From NCBI GenBank assembly GCA_037440005.1, contig JBBIUY010000010.1:20475-84474 (forward strand): 64,000 bases of DNA, given 5' to 3'. The position numbers and the translations under genes were made by a program. How positions within the stretch are numbered: position 1 is the stretch's first letter; each line of letters starts with the position of its first letter. Below, one piece after another: positions 1 to 8,048 of this stretch. The notes beneath the pieces were generated by a model. It was given only the letters and a program-made list of their open reading frames with translations, did not search any database and was not told where the DNA came from. The DNA is from Armatimonadota bacterium. GTDB taxonomy: Bacteria; Sysuimicrobiota; Sysuimicrobiia; Sysuimicrobiales; Kaftiobacteriaceae.

Positions 1-860
1 CGCCCCTGGATCGAGTAGTCGCCCGGGTCCGCCACCGACGCGGCCCGGGCGGCGATGGACGGGGTGGCGGATGTCGGGCCGCTGTGGGTCAGGAATACTA
101 CCGCGCCGACGATGGCCCCCGCTGTAACCACGCCGCGCCAGGCGGCGGTCCGCCACGAGGGCGGCCGGAGCAGGACCGCCAGCACGGGCAGGACGGCCGC
201 CAGCGCGAGCCAGGCGCCCCGGGAGTACGTCAGCACGAAGGCGATACCCAGCAGAGTCGCCATGGCTCCGTGCGCGAGGGCCTCCCGCGCGGTGGGGGCC
301 CGCAGGCAGCGCGCCAGTTCCAGAGGGAGCACCAGCAGCAGGAATCCGGCGAAGGGGTTGGGCCAGTAGAACGTCGAGTACCAGCGCATGCCGGGATTGC
401 CGGCTCCCCAGAACATGAACAGGGCCACCAGCACCAGCCAGCCGGCGACCGCCACGAGGGCGTCCGCCATGCGCCGGGCAGCCGCCGGAGTGCGGAGAGT
501 TGACGACGTGATGGCGTAGATGCCCAGGTACATGGTCCACAAAAGAGCCTGGCGCACAGACGCCTCGGGACGCACCGACCACAGCGCGCTGAGACCAGTC
601 AGCACGACCATGGCCAGCATCGCCCAGCCGACACTTCCCAGGCGGAGGCGGCCGGTCCAGACCAGAACCGCCAGGAGGGCATAGGTGGCGACCTGCGCCC
701 AGGCCAGCGTTGCCGGGTCCCGCCCCCCGTCGCTGATGGCGAGCTTGAACAGGACGGCCACCACGACGACCGGGGCGAGCGCGTGCAGGTCCGCCCGCAC
801 CGCTGGCAGGGAGCGGATCCAGGAGACCGGGTTGAAGCGGACCTGAGCGGTATCTGACAC
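1..860 (-). CDS. O-antigen ligase (Wzy_C)-family membrane protein, runs off the left window edge
   Basis: Manual translation from GTG 860 (MSDTAQVRF...) shows multiple TM segments plus STFYWPNPFAGFL and LTYSRGAWLA motifs. Not in the ORF track because there is no stop in the window. Confidence 0.8.
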   Translation of the reverse strand, partial: MSDTAQVRFNPVSWIRSLPAVRADLHALAPVVVVAVLFKLAISDGGRDPATLAWAQVATYALLAVLVWTGRLRLGSVGWAMLAMVVLTGLSALWSVRPEASVRQALLWTMYLGIYAITSSTLRTPAAARRMADALVAVAGWLVLVALFMFWGAGNPGMRWYSTFYWPNPFAGFLLLVLPLELARCLRAPTAREALAHGAMATLLGIAFVLTYSRGAWLALAAVLPVLAVLLRPPSWRTAAWRGVVTAGAIVGAVVFLTHSGPTSATPSIAARAASVADPGDYSIQG

Positions 861-870
861 CTGCGGTCAC

Positions 871-1180
871 CCTCACCCTACCCTCTCCCTCAAGGGAGAG
901 GGAGAATGATGTGCGATCCTCTCCCTCGACGGAGAGGGCAATGATGTGCGGTCCTCTCCCTTGAGGGAGAGGGAAACGACGTGCGTCCCTCCGCCTCGAG
1001 GGAGAGGGATATCAGGTGCTCACCCCCTCTGAGAAAGAGGAAAACGAAGTGCGCCTCCCTCGCGGCTTTCTCCCTCAAGTGGGGAGAAATGAAGCGCGAT
1101 CATCATCAACCCTCGCCCCAAGGAAGACGACAATGAAGCGCCACCCTCCTCACGGCCCCCTCCCTCGAAAAGGAGGAGGC
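871..1180. repeat. Tandem array of BoxC/REP-like hairpins (CCCTCTCCC-n-GGGAGAGGG), about 35-bp period, degenerating to the right
   Basis: At least 4 clear palindromic units with related AATGATGTGCG spacers. Confidence 0.8.
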
Positions 1181-1235
1181 ACCAAGTCCCACCCTGACCT
1201 TCGTCCTCGAAGGACGTGCGGGGCTACAGTAGACT

Positions 1236-1262
1236 ATGCCCGAAACCACGGCACCTCTAGTT
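1236..1262 (-). promoter_or_regulatory. Candidate alternative-sigma promoter AACTAG-N15-GGGCAT upstream of the O-antigen ligase gene
   Basis: Matches the motif seen upstream of both pilins and pilT. Confidence 0.45.
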
Positions 1263-1433
1263 CGCCCGGGTCCCGGTGTTGCAGCGCCCTGCGTTTCCTC
1301 CCCAACACGCGAGGCCCCTTGCCGCGACGTCGAGGGCAACGCAATGACGGGTAGACCCTCAGGTCCACGCAGACCTACCATGATGCCGCACGGGCATGGT
1401 ATCGTGGAGGCGGCGGGAGGGCAGGAGGCCGGG

Positions 1434-1663
1434 ATGGGAGTGGATACCACCGAGGCGCGTCTTGCCAGGCTGGCGGGGGCGTACGACCAGATCAGTGCGC
1501 GGCTGGGAGGCGTGGAGCAACGCCTCCACCAGCTCGACGAGAGCTGGAAGCGCGATTTGGCCGCCTGGACGACAAGATGGACCGGCAGTTCTCCTGGCTG
1601 CTGGGCCTGCTTGTGATCTCCATCCTGCTTCCCCTCGCCGTGCGCTTCCCGCTAGGCCCGTAG
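1434..1663 (+). pseudogene. Small coiled-coil protein with C-terminal TM helix, frameshifted near 1541
   Basis: GGAGG RBS. MGVDTTEARLARLAGAYDQISARLGGVEQRLHQLDE continues in another frame as LEARFGRLDDKMDRQFSWLLGLLVISILLPLAVRFPLGP*. Span is 230 nt, one base short of a whole number of codons. Confidence 0.65.
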
Positions 1664-1695
1664 GTCCTCCCCCACCAGCAGAGAGGGCCCCTTTC

Positions 1696-3048
1696 CTACG
1701 CCGCGCTCCCGCGTTCCCGCGCTTCCGCGTTCACGCTTTTGTCGGCCTCCCACCCGCATGCCGCTCCCGCGAGCAGCCAGACGACGGGACTGAAGGCCAC
1801 CGTGCTGAAGGAGAACTGCGCCTGCACGAGATACGCCACGACCGCTCCCAGCCAGGCCGCCGCGAGGGCGCGGTCTGCCTTAGGCGTTGCCCGCGCCAGC
1901 CGCATAGCGCTGCGGACGACCAGGGCCCAGAACGTCAGGTAGGCGAGGGCCCCGGGGATTCCCACGGAGACGGCCACCTGGAGCAGGTCGTTGTGGGCCC
2001 GGTCGACGATGACAGGTCGCGGTCCGAACAGCGGGACCATCGTGGCCCGGTCGTAGGGAAACGCCTTCCCGAGAGTCTCCAGGCCCCAGCCCAGCCAGGG
2101 CCTCTGCTGGATCACATGGACGGTCTGTCTCCAGATGTACAGGCGCTGGGCGACGGATCCGGCGGACACGTCCACGGAGGAGGCGACGCGACCTGCAACC
2201 TGCCGGGGCGAGGCCACGAGCGCCACGCCGCCGACCGCGAGGACGGCTGAGACCGCAACAGCGGCGGCAAGCCCGCTGTACCGGCGCAGGGCCTGCCGGC
2301 CGCCAGCTCCCGCCGCGGCGGCCAGACCCACGACCGCGGCCAGCCAGGCGGCCCGGGTCAGGGTGAGCGCGAGGGCGACCACGGCCGGAACCGCCGCGGC
2401 CCACCACAGCAGTCGGGTGCGCGCTCTCACGGCGCCCACAGCCAGCAGGAGCGGGATCGTCGTGGCCAGGTACCCTCCGAAGACGACAGGGCCCCCGACG
2501 GTGGACACCAGGCGGGGAGCGCCCAGCCCTCCGTACCACGCGCGCATGAACGCCTCGCCGGCAAACAGCGGAGGCACGATCAGCTGGAGCAGTCCGTAGA
2601 GGGCCACGACCCCGGCTGTCGCGCCTGCGGCGGTGGCGAGGGACATCATCCCCGGCCGGCTCCCGAAAAAGTGAACCCCCACGAAGAACAGCGCGACGTA
2701 GGCCGCTACGGTCACCAGACCTTCGTGGCGGATGGGCGCCCCCAGCAGCGACAGCCGCACGTCCACCGACGTGGCGGTAGAGAGCAGCGCTGCAAGGACA
2801 AAAATCCATAGCGGGAGTTCCGGCGCGGTGAAGATCCACCTGGGCCGTCCTTCAACCCGACGGAGACCCGCCCATCCCGCCAGGGCCAGGGCGGCCAGGA
2901 CGACGGTCGCCCGGGCCTTGGGCAGGGTGTAGGCGTCCGCGCCCTCCGCCCACGGACTCACCACCAGTGGCACGCCCACGGCCACGGCCAGGGACGCGAT
3001 CCGGGTGAGGGCGTGCAGCGCCTCGGCGAGACTATGGCGAGAGCGCAT
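1696..3048 (-). CDS. O-antigen ligase family protein, probable pilin oligosaccharyltransferase
   Basis: Multi-TM protein with LTLTRAAWLA, RPWLGWG and AHNDLLQ...GIPG Wzy_C motifs; next to the pilin genes. Confidence 0.85.
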   Translation of the reverse strand: MRSRHSLAEALHALTRIASLAVAVGVPLVVSPWAEGADAYTLPKARATVVLAALALAGWAGLRRVEGRPRWIFTAPELPLWIFVLAALLSTATSVDVRLSLLGAPIRHEGLVTVAAYVALFFVGVHFFGSRPGMMSLATAAGATAGVVALYGLLQLIVPPLFAGEAFMRAWYGGLGAPRLVSTVGGPVVFGGYLATTIPLLLAVGAVRARTRLLWWAAAVPAVVALALTLTRAAWLAAVVGLAAAAGAGGRQALRRYSGLAAAVAVSAVLAVGGVALVASPRQVAGRVASSVDVSAGSVAQRLYIWRQTVHVIQQRPWLGWGLETLGKAFPYDRATMVPLFGPRPVIVDRAHNDLLQVAVSVGIPGALAYLTFWALVVRSAMRLARATPKADRALAAAWLGAVVAYLVQAQFSFSTVAFSPVVWLLAGAACGWEADKSVNAEARERGSAA

Positions 3049-3643
3049 CGATCTTCTCCAGCTGGTCGCGGGCCGGTTGGAAGCCGGGGTTGAGGGTCAA
3101 GGCCCGCCGCCAGGCATCCGCGGCGCATGGGCGGTCGCCCATCCGGGCGCACGCGTGTCCGAGCAGGTGGTAGGCGAGCCAGTCCGCAGGGTCCAGGGCG
3201 ACGGCCTCCCGGAGGTCGCGCACGGCGTGGGGGAACATCCCTGCGCGCAGTTCCACCAGCCCCACCTGCCGGTGCAGCTCGGCGGAATAGGTGTGCGGGT
3301 ACTCCGCCATCAGTCGGCGGTAGGCGCGAATGGACTCCACGTAATTCCCCCGCCGGAACTCCACCTCGCCCAGGGCCGCATAGGCCGCCGTGGCGCGCGG
3401 TGAGATGGCCAGGGCCTGACGCAGCACGTGCGCCGCCTCGTCGTACCGGCGCTCCTGCCGAAGACCCGCCGCCCGGGCGAGCAGAGCCGCCACGGTCCTG
3501 TCCTGACGGATCTCGCGGACGACGTCCGCGGTTCGTGCGGCGACGGGAAGAGTCGCCAGCAGACAGGCGGCAACCAGCCACGCCCGCGCCCTCCGAAGGT
3601 CAACCGGCATGGCCGCAGCAGCCGAACGGGGCCAGAAAGCCAT
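3032..3643 (-). CDS. Tetratricopeptide repeat protein with N-terminal hydrophobic anchor (alternative start 3610)
   Basis: TPR patterns AYAALGEVEFRRGNY, AYHLLGHACARMGD, ALTLNP. Confidence 0.75.
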   Translation of the reverse strand: MAFWPRSAAAAMPVDLRRARAWLVAACLLATLPVAARTADVVREIRQDRTVAALLARAAGLRQERRYDEAAHVLRQALAISPRATAAYAALGEVEFRRGNYVESIRAYRRLMAEYPHTYSAELHRQVGLVELRAGMFPHAVRDLREAVALDPADWLAYHLLGHACARMGDRPCAADAWRRALTLNPGFQPARDQLEKIDALSP

Positions 3644-3655
3644 CTTTACAAGATG

Positions 3656-3698
3656 GAGGGTGCGGCCGGCGAGAAACCCCCGCGCCGGCCGCACCCTC
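3656..3698 (-). terminator. Strong hairpin downstream of the major pilin gene
   Basis: GAGGGTGCGGCCGGCG / CGCCGGCCGCACCCTC 16-bp inverted repeat; U tract weak. Confidence 0.6.
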
Positions 3699-3722
3699 GG
3701 AAAGTCAAACGGCGATCTCGCG

Positions 3723-4175
3723 TTACGGCGTGTTCTCCAGACCGCCACCAGGCGTGTACTGGATGTTGAAGCCACCGTTGGCGTCAAAGCAGGGGTCGCC
3801 TGTTCCGCCGTTGACCCAGTTGGTCCGCAGCACGTAGTCAGTTGCCGGAGTGCCAATCGCTGTGTACGTGTACCCAGGAGCGGAACCGAACGCCACCCCC
3901 GTGCAGGGGTCCTTGGGCAATGCACGCGTGTAGTTGGGCTGCAGGTCACTGGCGTTCGCCGGGTACGCCGCGAAGTCTACGAAGTAGCTCTCCAGAGCTG
4001 TGGCCACGTTCTTGAGGTTGCCCTTGCTGGCCGCCACCTGGGACTGGGCGCGCGCCCGCAGGAAGTTCGGGATCAGGATCGCCGCCAGAATCGCGATGAT
4101 CGCCACGACGATCAGCAGCTCGATGAGCGTGAAGCCGCGCTCGCCGCGGAGCCTGCGTGCGAAGAACTGCAGCAT
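3723..4175 (-). CDS. pilA: Type IV pilin, probable major pilin
   Basis: Class III signal GERG|FTLIELLIVVAIIAILAAILIP, Cys pair, strong AAGGAGG RBS, downstream hairpin. Confidence 0.9.
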   Translation of the reverse strand: MLQFFARRLRGERGFTLIELLIVVAIIAILAAILIPNFLRARAQSQVAASKGNLKNVATALESYFVDFAAYPANASDLQPNYTRALPKDPCTGVAFGSAPGYTYTAIGTPATDYVLRTNWVNGGTGDPCFDANGGFNIQYTPGGGLENTP

Positions 4176-4296
4176 GGTCGTGTTGTCCTCCTTCTGTCCG
4201 TCTAGGGTGAAACCGTCGGCCCGGCGCCGGACCCCCGTCGCACCGGACCCCTTCGGGACCCGGGCACCCAGGCCAGGTTTCTCTACACTCTCAGGG

Positions 4297-4322
4297 ATAC
4301 CCGTCCTCCGACCCCCTTAGAC
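4297..4322 (-). promoter_or_regulatory. SigB/SigF-like promoter GTCTAA-N14-GGGTAT
   Basis: One mismatch from the B. subtilis SigB consensus GTTTAA-N12-14-GGGTAT; upstream of the pilin. Confidence 0.65.
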
Positions 4323-4351
4323 CTCCCCGCCTGAGCTATTCGGGGGTGGCC

Positions 4352-4774
4352 CTACGGGGTCGGAACAGACGTCACCCCCACCTGCAGGCCTCCGGTGACG
4401 GTGTAGACGATGTACCCGCCTGTGCCTGCCTGGATGTACTTGTCCGGCCCGTCCCACAGGACAAACCGCGTCCGCGCCGCGTCGGTGGCGTAGCCGTAGG
4501 GGGCCCGGTCCACGGGGGAGGAGGGGACCGTCCGGATGTAGCCGCCCGACTCCAGGTCGGACTCCCACGACGCCGCCGGCGGGTAGGCCTGGTTTTCCCA
4601 GTGGTACATCTCCAATGCCATGGCGATGTGGTGGAAGTCCAGCTGGGCCGCCGCCAGCTGGCTGCTGGCCCGGGCCCGGATGAAGTTGGGGATCAGGATG
4701 GCCGCAATGACGCCCAGAATGGCGATGGCCACCAGCAGCTCGATCATGGTGAAGCCGGCCTGCCTGCGCCTCAT
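4352..4774 (-). CDS. Second type IV pilin / pseudopilin
   Basis: RRRQAG|FTMIELLVAIAILGVIAAILIPNFIRAR. Confidence 0.88.
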   Translation of the reverse strand: MRRRQAGFTMIELLVAIAILGVIAAILIPNFIRARASSQLAAAQLDFHHIAMALEMYHWENQAYPPAASWESDLESGGYIRTVPSSPVDRAPYGYATDAARTRFVLWDGPDKYIQAGTGGYIVYTVTGGLQVGVTSVPTP

Positions 4775-4845
4775 CTTCCCATGGACCTTCCACCGGCCTG
4801 ATATGGGACCCCGGGGCGACCGCCGCCGATCCCGTCACCGGCCTT

Positions 4846-4871
4846 ATGCCCCCCTCCCCACCCCCCTAGGC
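4846..4871 (-). promoter_or_regulatory. Candidate promoter GCCTAG-N14-GGGCAT
   Basis: 18 of 26 positions identical to the site at 4297-4322; both boxes identical to the site upstream of pilT. Confidence 0.55.
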
Positions 4872-4966
4872 CGAGGGTCTGGTGCACACCTGTTCGGGGG
4901 TAAGACCAGCGGGGGCAGGAAACCGCCCGGCCGGGGGGAAACCCTTTCTGCCAAGGGAGCGTGACA

Positions 4967-5713
4967 ATGCGACCAGCCGCCGCCGCAGTCCTTGCTGCTA
5001 TCGTCGTTCTCGCCACGTCCCCCGCCCCGGGTCAGGAACCCGCCCAGCCCCAGCCGGCCCCCCAGCCCCAACCCGCCCCCGCTCCGCCCGCCCCCGCCCC
5101 GCCGGCCCGCCCGTCTGTCCGGCAGATCGTCCCGGGCCAGGCCCTGGCCGGGATCATCCTGGGCCAGCGGATTCAGTTGATCCTGGCCCGCTTCGGCCGG
5201 CCGTCGGTGGTGAGGGAGACCCTGGTGGACTCGGTCTACGCCTTCAGCCGCTGGGGGATCGCCGTCTACGTCAAGGACGGCGTCGTCACCGCCGCGTCCA
5301 CCTCCAACAGCCTGCTGAAGATCAGCGAGGACCTGGGGGTGGGCTACCGGGTCGAGGACGTCATCCGCATGTTCGGCCGCGGCTTCCGGGAGGGCACCGT
5401 GGAGGGCTTCCCGGGGCTGGTGTACGACGACCGGGGCGTGGCGTTCGGGCTGGACCGCCAGGCGGTGGCGGTGGTCATCGTCTTCCGGCCGCGGACCGCC
5501 GCCCAGGTGTCGGGTCTGCTGCCCGGCGGAGCGGCCCCGCCCCCGGTGGCCAGCTTCCCCCACGTGGCCAACTTGCGCCCCTACAGCGTGGAGACCAACT
5601 ACTTCTCCCTGCCGGGCTACCTGCGCTGGGTGGTGTACCACGCCGCGGGCATCTGGATCACCTTCGGCGAGGCGGCGCGGGTCGTGGAGGAGCAGAGAGG
5701 CGAGGCCCGCTGA
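4967..5713 (+). CDS. Hypothetical exported protein with Pro/Gln-rich linker
   Basis: Signal-peptide-like N-terminus, PQPAPQPQPAP linker, globular C-terminal part with host-like codon usage. Confidence 0.7.
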   Translation: MRPAAAAVLAAIVVLATSPAPGQEPAQPQPAPQPQPAPAPPAPAPPARPSVRQIVPGQALAGIILGQRIQLILARFGRPSVVRETLVDSVYAFSRWGIAVYVKDGVVTAASTSNSLLKISEDLGVGYRVEDVIRMFGRGFREGTVEGFPGLVYDDRGVAFGLDRQAVAVVIVFRPRTAAQVSGLLPGGAAPPPVASFPHVANLRPYSVETNYFSLPGYLRWVVYHAAGIWITFGEAARVVEEQRGEAR

Positions 5714-6206
5714 ATACCGGCAGCGCGGAAGCGCGCGGTCGGGCAGTCGCGCGGTCGCGCGGGCGGGCAGTCGCGTGCGTGCGCGCCCCGCTGGCGAGCA
5801 CGAGTCTCGCCGACGCTCGTCGGATGCTGTTCAGCGGGTGCCTGGCGCGTTGCTCCAGCGACGTCATCAGGAAATGAATCATCTTCCCCATGCGGTCATA
5901 TCCGGCCGTGAGATCCTCGCAGGCATCCGGATTGAGGTAACCCAGATCCCGGGCAAGCCGCAGGTAGTAGCGGACCTCAAAGGCCGACCCTCGTGCAATG
6001 CTGCAATAACGTATGTACTCCCGGGTGGTCGCGCGACCGCATCCTTCCGCAAGGTTGGCGGGAATTGACACGGCGGCCCGCCGAAGCTGGGCGGTCAACC
6101 CGAACTGTTCCCGGACAGGGAAATTCTCCGTCTGACGGTAGACCCGCAACGCCATCTCGTGCGCCAGCCGCCAGACATCCAGCGACTCGAACGGAGGACG
6201 CCCCAC
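5658..6206 (-). CDS. Four helix bundle protein (23S rRNA IVP / bAvd-like family)
   Basis: LDVWRLAH...FPVREQFGLTAQLRRAAVSIPANLAEG...IARGSAFEVRYYL; the C-terminal tail runs through octamer repeats. Confidence 0.9.
   Translation of the reverse strand: MGRPPFESLDVWRLAHEMALRVYRQTENFPVREQFGLTAQLRRAAVSIPANLAEGCGRATTREYIRYCSIARGSAFEVRYYLRLARDLGYLNPDACEDLTAGYDRMGKMIHFLMTSLEQRARHPLNSIRRASARLVLASGARTHATARPRDRATARPRASALPVFSGPRLSAPPRPAPPRRR
5733..5772. repeat. Octamer tandem repeat GCGCGGTC/GGGCAGTC x5
   Basis: Direct reading; inverted counterpart at 6307-6333. Confidence 0.7.
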
Positions 6207-6384
6207 GAGACTCCCCGGTACCGACTACGCAGGGATTCTACGCCCGGATGCCTCGCCAGCGCCATAGCCCGATCGAGCCATTCCTGTGACCGTACCCACA
6301 CGTTGACGCGACCGCGCGACCGCCAGACCGCCAACGATGTCCCCGATCCGCGTTTCCCGGGCTTCCGTGTTTCGCGGGCAACCG

Positions 6385-6493
6385 CCCCCTCACCCTCGCC
6401 CTCTCCCCCTTCAACTGCGTTGAAGGTTGAAGGTTGAACCCCCCTCACCCTCGCCCTCTCCCCCCAACGGGGGAGGGGGAAGGGGTAGGGGGG
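6385..6493. repeat. Two BoxC/REP-like copies separated by a TTGAAGG heptamer hairpin
   Basis: CCCCCTCACCCTCGCCCTCTCCCCC twice, with TTCAACTGCGTTGAAGGTTGAAGGTTGAA between. Confidence 0.75.
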
Positions 6494-6518
6494 TGTCGCG
6501 TTCCCGCGTTCCCGCGAG

Positions 6519-7730
6519 TTACCGCAGCCCGGTAATCAGCTGGTACAGCGGCATGTAGAAGCTCAGCACGATGAAGCCCACCACGAAGCCCAGGAAGACA
6601 ATCAGTATGGGCTCCAGGATCGAGGTGAGCTGGGCCAGGGTCGTCTCCACCTCGGCGTCGTAGAAGTCGGCCACCTTCTGCAGCATGGTGTCCAGGGTGC
6701 CGGTCTCCTCGCCCACCGACGTCATCTGCACCACCATGGGCGGGAACAGGCCGCTGGCCTGCAAGGGCAGGGCGATGGACTCGCCCTCCCGGATGCTGTT
6801 GCGCACGTTCTCGATGGCCTGGGCCACCACCGTATTCTCCACCGCCTTGGCCACCACGTCCAGGGCCTGCATGATGGGCACGCCGCTGGTGATCAGGGTG
6901 CCCAGGGTGCGGGTGAACCGGCTAATGGTGACCTTGCGCACCAGGGGCCCGAACACCGGCACCCGCAGCTTGAACCGGTCGAACCGGAACCGGCCGATGG
7001 GCGTGCTGATGTACATGCGCAGGCCGTACAGCCCCAGCAGGATGAACCCCAGGAACACGTACCAGTAGCCGGTGAGGGTTTTGGTGAACCAGATCAGCAC
7101 GCGGGTGGGCAGCGGCAGCGTCAGCTCCAGCCCCTCGAAGAAGCCGATGAACTGGGGCAGGATGAAGAACACCAGGAAGAAGATGACCGCCAGGGCGAAG
7201 GCAAAAATCGCCGCCGGGTAGGTCACCGCCGCCCGCACCTTCTGGCGCAGGGCCAGGTCCTTCTCAAAGAAGACCGCCAGGCGGTTGAGGACCTCGTCGA
7301 GCACGCCGCCCACCTCGCCGGCCCGCACCATGTTCACCGTGAGGGTGCTGAAGGTGTCCGGGTGCTTGGCCAGGGCGTCGGAGAGGGTCATGCCCTCCTC
7401 CACGTCCTTGCGCACCTCGCTGACGATCTGGCGCAGTTTGTGGCTTTCGGTCTGCTGCTCCAGGATGGTGAGGGTGCGGACCATGGACAGCCCGGCGTTG
7501 ACCATGGTGGCGAACTGCCGGGTGAAGACGGTCAGCTCCCGCAGCCCGACCCGGCGCAGACGCCGCAACCCGGCCCGCAGGTCGGCCCGGGGGGCCGCCC
7601 GCTCCAGGCTGGTGACGTAAAAGCCCATCTCCTGCAGTTTGCCGACCACCGCCACCTCGGTGTCGGCCTCGATGGCGCCGGCGACCACGCGTCCGGTGGC
7701 GTCTCGCGCGCTGTAGCGGAAGGTTGCCAT
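6519..7730 (-). CDS. pilC: Type IV pilus platform protein PilC (T2SSF family)
   Basis: FTRQFATMVNAGL, AGEVGGVLD, VGEETGTLD motifs. Confidence 0.95.
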   Translation of the reverse strand: MATFRYSARDATGRVVAGAIEADTEVAVVGKLQEMGFYVTSLERAAPRADLRAGLRRLRRVGLRELTVFTRQFATMVNAGLSMVRTLTILEQQTESHKLRQIVSEVRKDVEEGMTLSDALAKHPDTFSTLTVNMVRAGEVGGVLDEVLNRLAVFFEKDLALRQKVRAAVTYPAAIFAFALAVIFFLVFFILPQFIGFFEGLELTLPLPTRVLIWFTKTLTGYWYVFLGFILLGLYGLRMYISTPIGRFRFDRFKLRVPVFGPLVRKVTISRFTRTLGTLITSGVPIMQALDVVAKAVENTVVAQAIENVRNSIREGESIALPLQASGLFPPMVVQMTSVGEETGTLDTMLQKVADFYDAEVETTLAQLTSILEPILIVFLGFVVGFIVLSFYMPLYQLITGLR

Positions 7731-7731
7731 A

Positions 7732-7996
7732 CCCCTCACCCTCGCCCTCTCCCCTCAGGGGAGAGGGATGTTTTAGCGGTTCACCCTCTCCCCATGGGGG
7801 AGAGGATGTTGTACCCCTCACCTTCGCCCTCTCCCCACAGGGGAGAGGGACCTGTCGGTGCGGCCTCTCCCCGCGGGAGAGAGGGTATTGCGCCCCTCAC
7901 CCTCGCCCTCTCCCCACAGGGGAGAGGGACCTGTCGGTGCGGCCTCTCCCCACGGGGGGAGGGATGCTGTGGCGGCCTCTCCCCGGGGGAGAGGGC
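7732..7996. repeat. BIME-like mosaic of about 7 BoxC/REP hairpins between pilT and pilC
   Basis: Alternating CCCCTCACC(C/T)TCGCCCTCTCCCC..GGGGAGAGGG and CCTCTCCCC..GGAGAGG units with about 80-bp higher-order period. Confidence 0.85.
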
Positions 7997-8048
7997 ACTG
8001 TCAACAGGCTAGCCGCCGCCAGCTGGCGGCGGCAGTCCCTTCTCCGGG

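Noticed and set aside
871..1180. CRISPR array
   Set aside because: Spacers are short and similar to each other, repeats are degenerate BoxC/REP-like palindromes, and there are no cas genes.
3723..6206. Diversity-generating retroelement targeting the pilins (Avd-like gene nearby)
   Set aside because: No reverse transcriptase in the window and no template/variable repeat pair with adenine-specific mismatches.
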